DNA of 64,000 nucleotides from Candidatus Latescibacterota bacterium. Its GTDB lineage: Bacteria > Latescibacterota > UBA2968. Position 1 is the stretch's first letter; each line of letters begins with the position of its first letter. The stretch is taken from assembly GCA_965222605.1 (NCBI GenBank), contig OZ244960.1:2880001-2944000 (forward strand), given 5' to 3'. The notes under the pieces are model-generated. The model made no database searches and had not been told where the DNA came from. It was given only the letters and a program-made list of their open reading frames with translations. This document shows, piece by piece, positions 60,039 to 64,000 of the stretch. Both the position numbers and the translations under genes were made by a program.

Positions 60039-61241
60039 ATGAGTTGGCAAGAACTTACATTTGGTAACTTCGCAGAAATCCAACCGCAGGTGAAACTCGA
60101 GAAGGGCACTGCCTATTCATTTATTGGAATGGCCGATGTTCTGCCTCACACAAAGAATGTTATTCCAGGTAGCACACGAACTTGGAAGGGTAGTGGCGGC
60201 TCTAAATTCGAGAACGGAGACATAATTTTTGCTCGCATTACCCCATGTTTAGAACACGGAAAGACTGCAAAAGTTAGCAATCTTACCGATTCTAAAGGTT
60301 TTGGTTCTACAGAGTTCTTTGTCTTTCGTGATCGGGAAGGCATATCCGACCCAGACTACATTTACTATTTAGCTCGTTCGCCTGTGATTCGAGAGCCAGC
60401 AATTAAAAGCATGACTGGAGCCTCTGGAAGACAGCGAGCACAAAAAATAGTCGTCGAGAACACGAGCATCCGAGTACCGGAAATCCAAGAGCAACGCCGC
60501 ATCGCCTCCATCCTCTCCGCATACGACAACCTGATCGAAAACAACCAGCGGCGGATTCAATTGCTGGAACAGTCGGCGCAGCTACTCTACAAGGAGTGGT
60601 TCGTCCACCTTCGCTTCCCCGGCCATGAACACGTCACCATAACCGATGGCGTCCCGGAAGGGTGGGAGAGAAAGACGATTGCCGAGGTGTGCGAAACTGT
60701 CGGTGGGGGCACTCCGTCAACTAAAGTATCGGAATATTGGGGCGGTGATGTGACATGGATCGTTCCCACCGATGTGACGAAAAACGACTGCCTGATCCTA
60801 CTTGACTCGGAACGCAAAATTACCGAGAAGGGGCTTCGTGAATCGTCCGCCAAAATGGTACCAGCTAACACCATTCTGATGACAAGCCGCGCATCTGTGG
60901 GATTTTTCGCGCTTATGGATATTGCAGTCTGCACGAATCAGGGATTTATCAATATCATTCCTCATGATGAGGAAATGAGAATGTACCTGCTTTTTAACCT
61001 TATGAGCCGGGTCGCCGAGATTCGTAGTAACGCGAAGGGCACAACCTATCCTGAGATAAGCAAAGGACGATTTCGGCAGATGGATATTGTGATTCCGACA
61101 AGAAATCTCGTCGTTGACTTTGCCAAAACCGTCTGCGATATTATGCAACAAGTGCGCTACCTGAAGCATTCAACGCTCAAACTCACCCAAGCCCGCGACC
61201 TGTTTCTGCCGCGGTTGATGAATGGGGAGATTTCAGTATGA
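60039..61241 (+). CDS. hsdS: Type I R-M specificity subunit
   Basis: Two TRDs (ARITPCLEHGK..GSTEF; GGTPST..TNQGF) separated by PEIQEQRRIASILSAYDNLIE; ends RDLFLPRLMNGEI. Confidence 0.93.
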   Translation: MSWQELTFGNFAEIQPQVKLEKGTAYSFIGMADVLPHTKNVIPGSTRTWKGSGGSKFENGDIIFARITPCLEHGKTAKVSNLTDSKGFGSTEFFVFRDREGISDPDYIYYLARSPVIREPAIKSMTGASGRQRAQKIVVENTSIRVPEIQEQRRIASILSAYDNLIENNQRRIQLLEQSAQLLYKEWFVHLRFPGHEHVTITDGVPEGWERKTIAEVCETVGGGTPSTKVSEYWGGDVTWIVPTDVTKNDCLILLDSERKITEKGLRESSAKMVPANTILMTSRASVGFFALMDIAVCTNQGFINIIPHDEEMRMYLLFNLMSRVAEIRSNAKGTTYPEISKGRFRQMDIVIPTRNLVVDFAKTVCDIMQQVRYLKHSTLKLTQARDLFLPRLMNGEISV

Positions 61242-64000
61242 ATCAATCTGAACTTCGTCAGGAACTCGACCGTCTGTGTGAACTTCCGCATGAGACTGAA
61301 TGGCTCGAGTTCAAGGAAGCTAAAAATCAGTATGACTTCGATAAGTTGGGCAAGTATTTCTCTGCCCTGTCCAACGAAGCCAACTTGAAAAAACAAGCGT
61401 GTGGCTGGTTGGTATTTGGTGTAAAAGATGATCGTTCGGTTTGCGGCAGTCAGTTCCGCGAAGCTCCAGCGCATCTTGACAGCTTGAAACAGGAAATTGC
61501 CAATCATACAACTGGCAACCTCACATTTGATGAGATTTATGTGCTCAATCACCCAAGTGGCCGCGTTGTAATGTTCAAGATTCCGCCCGCCTTGCAAGGC
61601 GTACCAACCGCCTGGAAAGAACATTGGTATGGACGCAACGGCGAGTCCCTCGGTGGGCTCAGTTTGCGAGAAATTGAGACGATTCGGTTGCAGTCTTCTG
61701 ACGAGCATCAAACCAATTCAGACTGGAATCAGCACAAATACGCTTCTGACCTGGCGATTGCCAACCTTCTTGGCGCGTGGAATGAACTAAACGAAGCTGA
61801 TTTAGAAATTGTGCGTCAGCTTGCCAATGAAGAGGATTACGCAAGGTGGATTCCCAAACTGAGGGAAATGTTACAACAAGCCATAAGCCCTGTGACGTTT
61901 ATGAATGGAAGATGGCAGGTCATTGATCGAAAAGGGATGTGGAAGGCATTAGGCGGACGTGTTTTTGATGATACGCTGGAAGTGCTGAAACAGTGCGTGG
62001 TTACAGTCCTGTCCGAGCGCGACCCTCAGTTTGACTTACCTCCTGATGAACGCTATGCTGCCAATATCTATGGAAAGGTATTGAATTACTCAACCGGACT
62101 TCGGGAAGGTTTGGTCGAAACGCTGGCACTTCTCGGCACTAATCCCGGTGCTTTGAAGAACTTTTCACCACAACATCAGGGTTGGAAGCCAAAAGATACA
62201 GCTAATCTTGCCGTTCGAGAAATTTTCGAGAATGCGGATTGGGTATTGTGGGGTAGCCTCAATGATCTTCTCCCTGTACTGGCAGAAGCAGCCCCGAATA
62301 ATTTTTTGGCCGTGGTAGAAAATGCGTTGGGCCAATCTCCTTGCCCATTTGACGCACTGTTTTCACAGGAACGCGGTGGTGTAGAAGGTAGAAATTACCT
62401 CGTTGGCCTACTCTGGGCATTGGAAACACTCGCCTGGGATGCCGATTACCTCGTCCGAGTGTGCGTAATTCTCGGTGATCTTGCGGAGCGTGATCCCGGT
62501 GGGAATTGGGCGAACCGCCCTGCCAATTCACTGACAGAAATTATACTTCCGTGGCATCCGCAGACTATTGCACCCATAGAGAAGCGCGAAGTTGCTGTAA
62601 AAACGCTGAGGAATGCAGTCCCGGATGTGGCATGGAACCTATTGATCAGCCTATTGCCAAGGCAACATCAGATGTCCTCTGGCACTCGCAAACCTGCATG
62701 GCGAAATACTATTCCCGATGATTGGGAAGATCGCGTTACTCAAGAGGAGTACTGGAAGCAAATTACCTCTTACGCTGAAATAGCGGTTTCGATGGCAAGC
62801 AATGACATTGATAAATTAACTGAGTTGGCAAGTGATCTTGATAACTTACCAAAACCTTCTGATGACAAATTGCTCGAGCATCTGTCATCAGAAGATATAT
62901 GTGGGAAACCTGAAGATCAGCGTCTAAAACTTTGGACAAAATTAACCGAGCTTGCCTCAAAACACAGACGTTTTTCCGACGCAGAATGGGCTTTAAGCGA
63001 TAAAATTGTTTCTAAAATCGAGAATGTTACTGCAGAACTCGCCCCTAAAAATCCATTTCATCTTCATCGCAGATTATTTAGCTACAAGGTCTGGCACGAT
63101 TACTACGAAGAAAGTGGCACTCGGGAAGAACAGCAGCAAGAACTCGATCAACGCCGCCACCAGGCTATAAACGAGATTATGGTTGACGATGGGATAGATA
63201 TGGTACTTCAATTCGCCGAAAGTGTTGAGGCACCCTGGTTTGTTGGCCGTTCTCTAGGTAATATTGCCCAGGCGGAAACCGACAACCGCATCCTTCCTGC
63301 ATTGCTGGAGACAGAGAATACCAAACTCGCGCTGCTTACAAGTGCCTATGTCCGTTGTCGCCAAGACCTCAATGGATGGGAATGGGTTGATGGCTTTGAT
63401 ACCTCGAACTGGTCAGGCGCACAAATAGGTCAGTTCTTAGCCTATTTGCCCTTGGTAAAGGAAACTTGGACTCGTGCAAAGGATTGGATTGGCTCGGATG
63501 AAAAAGAGTATTGGAGTAAAATTAGTGCAAACCAATATCCCACCGATGATGACCTCGGTTTTGCCATTGATAAATTGATCGCGTATGACAGACCTCATAC
63601 TGCCATCGAATGGCTATATAGCAAAAAACCATTGGACAAAACCCGAAGTGTAAAAGCTCTCAGGGCTGCTATTTCTTCTCAAGAACCTCCACAGGAAATG
63701 GGCACACATACCATCATTGAAATCATAGAGACTTTACAGGACGACCCGGACACCGATCCAGATGATCTTTTTCAAATTGAGTGGGCATATCTGCCCTTAT
63801 TGGATCAATACGCATCGCCGAAGTCATTGGAAAACCGCCTATCTTCTGACCCAGATTTTTTCTGCGAAGTGATACGCCTTATCTATCGTTCAAAAAAGGA
63901 AACGGAACCTCCAAGAGAATTTAGCGAACAGGAGAAATCCATTGCTGATAACGCATACGAACTCCTTGATAAATGGAAAACTCCTCCGGGTAAGCAATCA
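61238..64000 (+). CDS. AlbA_2/Schlafen-domain protein with long helical C-terminal region (>920 aa, runs off the window; not in the ORF track)
   Basis: ATGA overlap with the hsdS stop; ETEWLEFKEA, FSALSN, LVFGVKD; later LAEAAP, GLLWALETLAW, DPGGNWANRP, EWAYLPLL; no stop in the segments translated, including the last line. Confidence 0.8.
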   Translation, partial: MNQSELRQELDRLCELPHETEWLEFKEAKNQYDFDKLGKYFSALSNEANLKKQACGWLVFGVKDDRSVCGSQFREAPAHLDSLKQEIANHTTGNLTFDEIYVLNHPSGRVVMFKIPPALQGVPTAWKEHWYGRNGESLGGLSLREIETIRLQSSDEHQTNSDWNQHKYASDLAIANLLGAWNELNEADLEIVRQLANEEDYARWIPKLREMLQQAISPVTFMNGRWQVIDRKGMWKALGGRVFDDTLEVLKQCVVTVLSERDPQFDLPPDERYAANIYGKVLNYSTGLREGLVETLALLGTNPGALKNFSPQHQGWKPKDTANLAVREIFENADWVLWGSLNDLLPVLAEAAPNNFLAVVENALGQSPCPFDALFSQERGGVEGRNYLVGLLWALETLAWDADYLVRVCVILGDLAERDPGGNWANRPANSLTEIILPWHPQTIAPIEKREVAVKTLRNAVPDVAWNLLISLLPRQHQMSSGTRKPAWRNTIPDDWEDRVTQEEYWKQITSYAEIAVSMASNDIDKLTELASDLDNLPKPSDDKLLEHLSSEDICGKPEDQRLKLWTKLTELASKHRRFSDAEWALSDKIVSKIENVTAELAPKNPFHLHRRLFSYKVWHDYYEESGTREEQQQELDQRRHQAINEIMVDDGIDMVLQFAESVEAPWFVGRSLGNIAQAETDNRILPALLETENTKLALLTSAYVRCRQDLNGWEWVDGFDTSNWSGAQIGQFLAYLPLVKETWTRAKDWIGSDEKEYWSKISANQYPTDDDLGFAIDKLIAYDRPHTAIEWLYSKKPLDKTRSVKALRAAISSQEPPQEMGTHTIIEIIETLQDDPDTDPDDLFQIEWAYLPLLDQYASPKSLENRLSSDPDFFCEVIRLIYRSKKETEPPREFSEQEKSIADNAYELLDKWKTPPGKQS

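Noticed and set aside
60039-61241. Invertible hsdS shufflon
   Set aside because: Only one hsdS is visible, with no inverted silent TRD copies or recombinase in the window.

Overview
Bacterial chromosomal window. Dockerin/EF-hand-like C-termini, tandem PhyH genes, a sulfatase and a DUF2723 protein suggest an FCB-group lineage such as Latescibacterota or Gemmatimonadota; this is inference only. Layout: (1) 3' end of the F1 ATP synthase operon (atpA'-G-D-C). (2) A ~7.5 kb variable tract (3.2-10.7 kb) where unrelated accessory genes (epimerase, porin plus dockerin-like protein, antitoxins, a HaeII-like type II R-M pair) are separated by copies of one conserved sigma70 promoter block and by duplicated terminators, resembling a cassette array with no integrase nearby. 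(3) Core genes: nadE, SurA/PpiD, M23, rhomboid, DUF2723, sigma70 factor, an orphan BMC shell gene, solA-like oxidase, lon, coaD, PhoD, an NtrC-type two-component pair and a sulfatase/PhyH cluster. (4) From ~42 kb to the end, a defence island: Fic, a 1482-aa nuclease-STAND-like protein, AlbA_2-HATPase, a PLD-P-loop fusion, type I hsdM and hsdS split by ~6.7 kb of inserted DNA, an Rpn-like gene with an internal RBS+ATG, a 4016-bp IS1595-family cargo element (25-bp TIRs, 8-bp TSD), and a >920-aa AlbA_2/Schlafen-domain gene coupled to hsdS that runs off the window. Across the window, antitoxin-like genes are intact while their partner toxins are deleted or truncated. No rRNA, tRNA or CRISPR array was seen. 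All family calls come from motif recognition by eye, not database searches.
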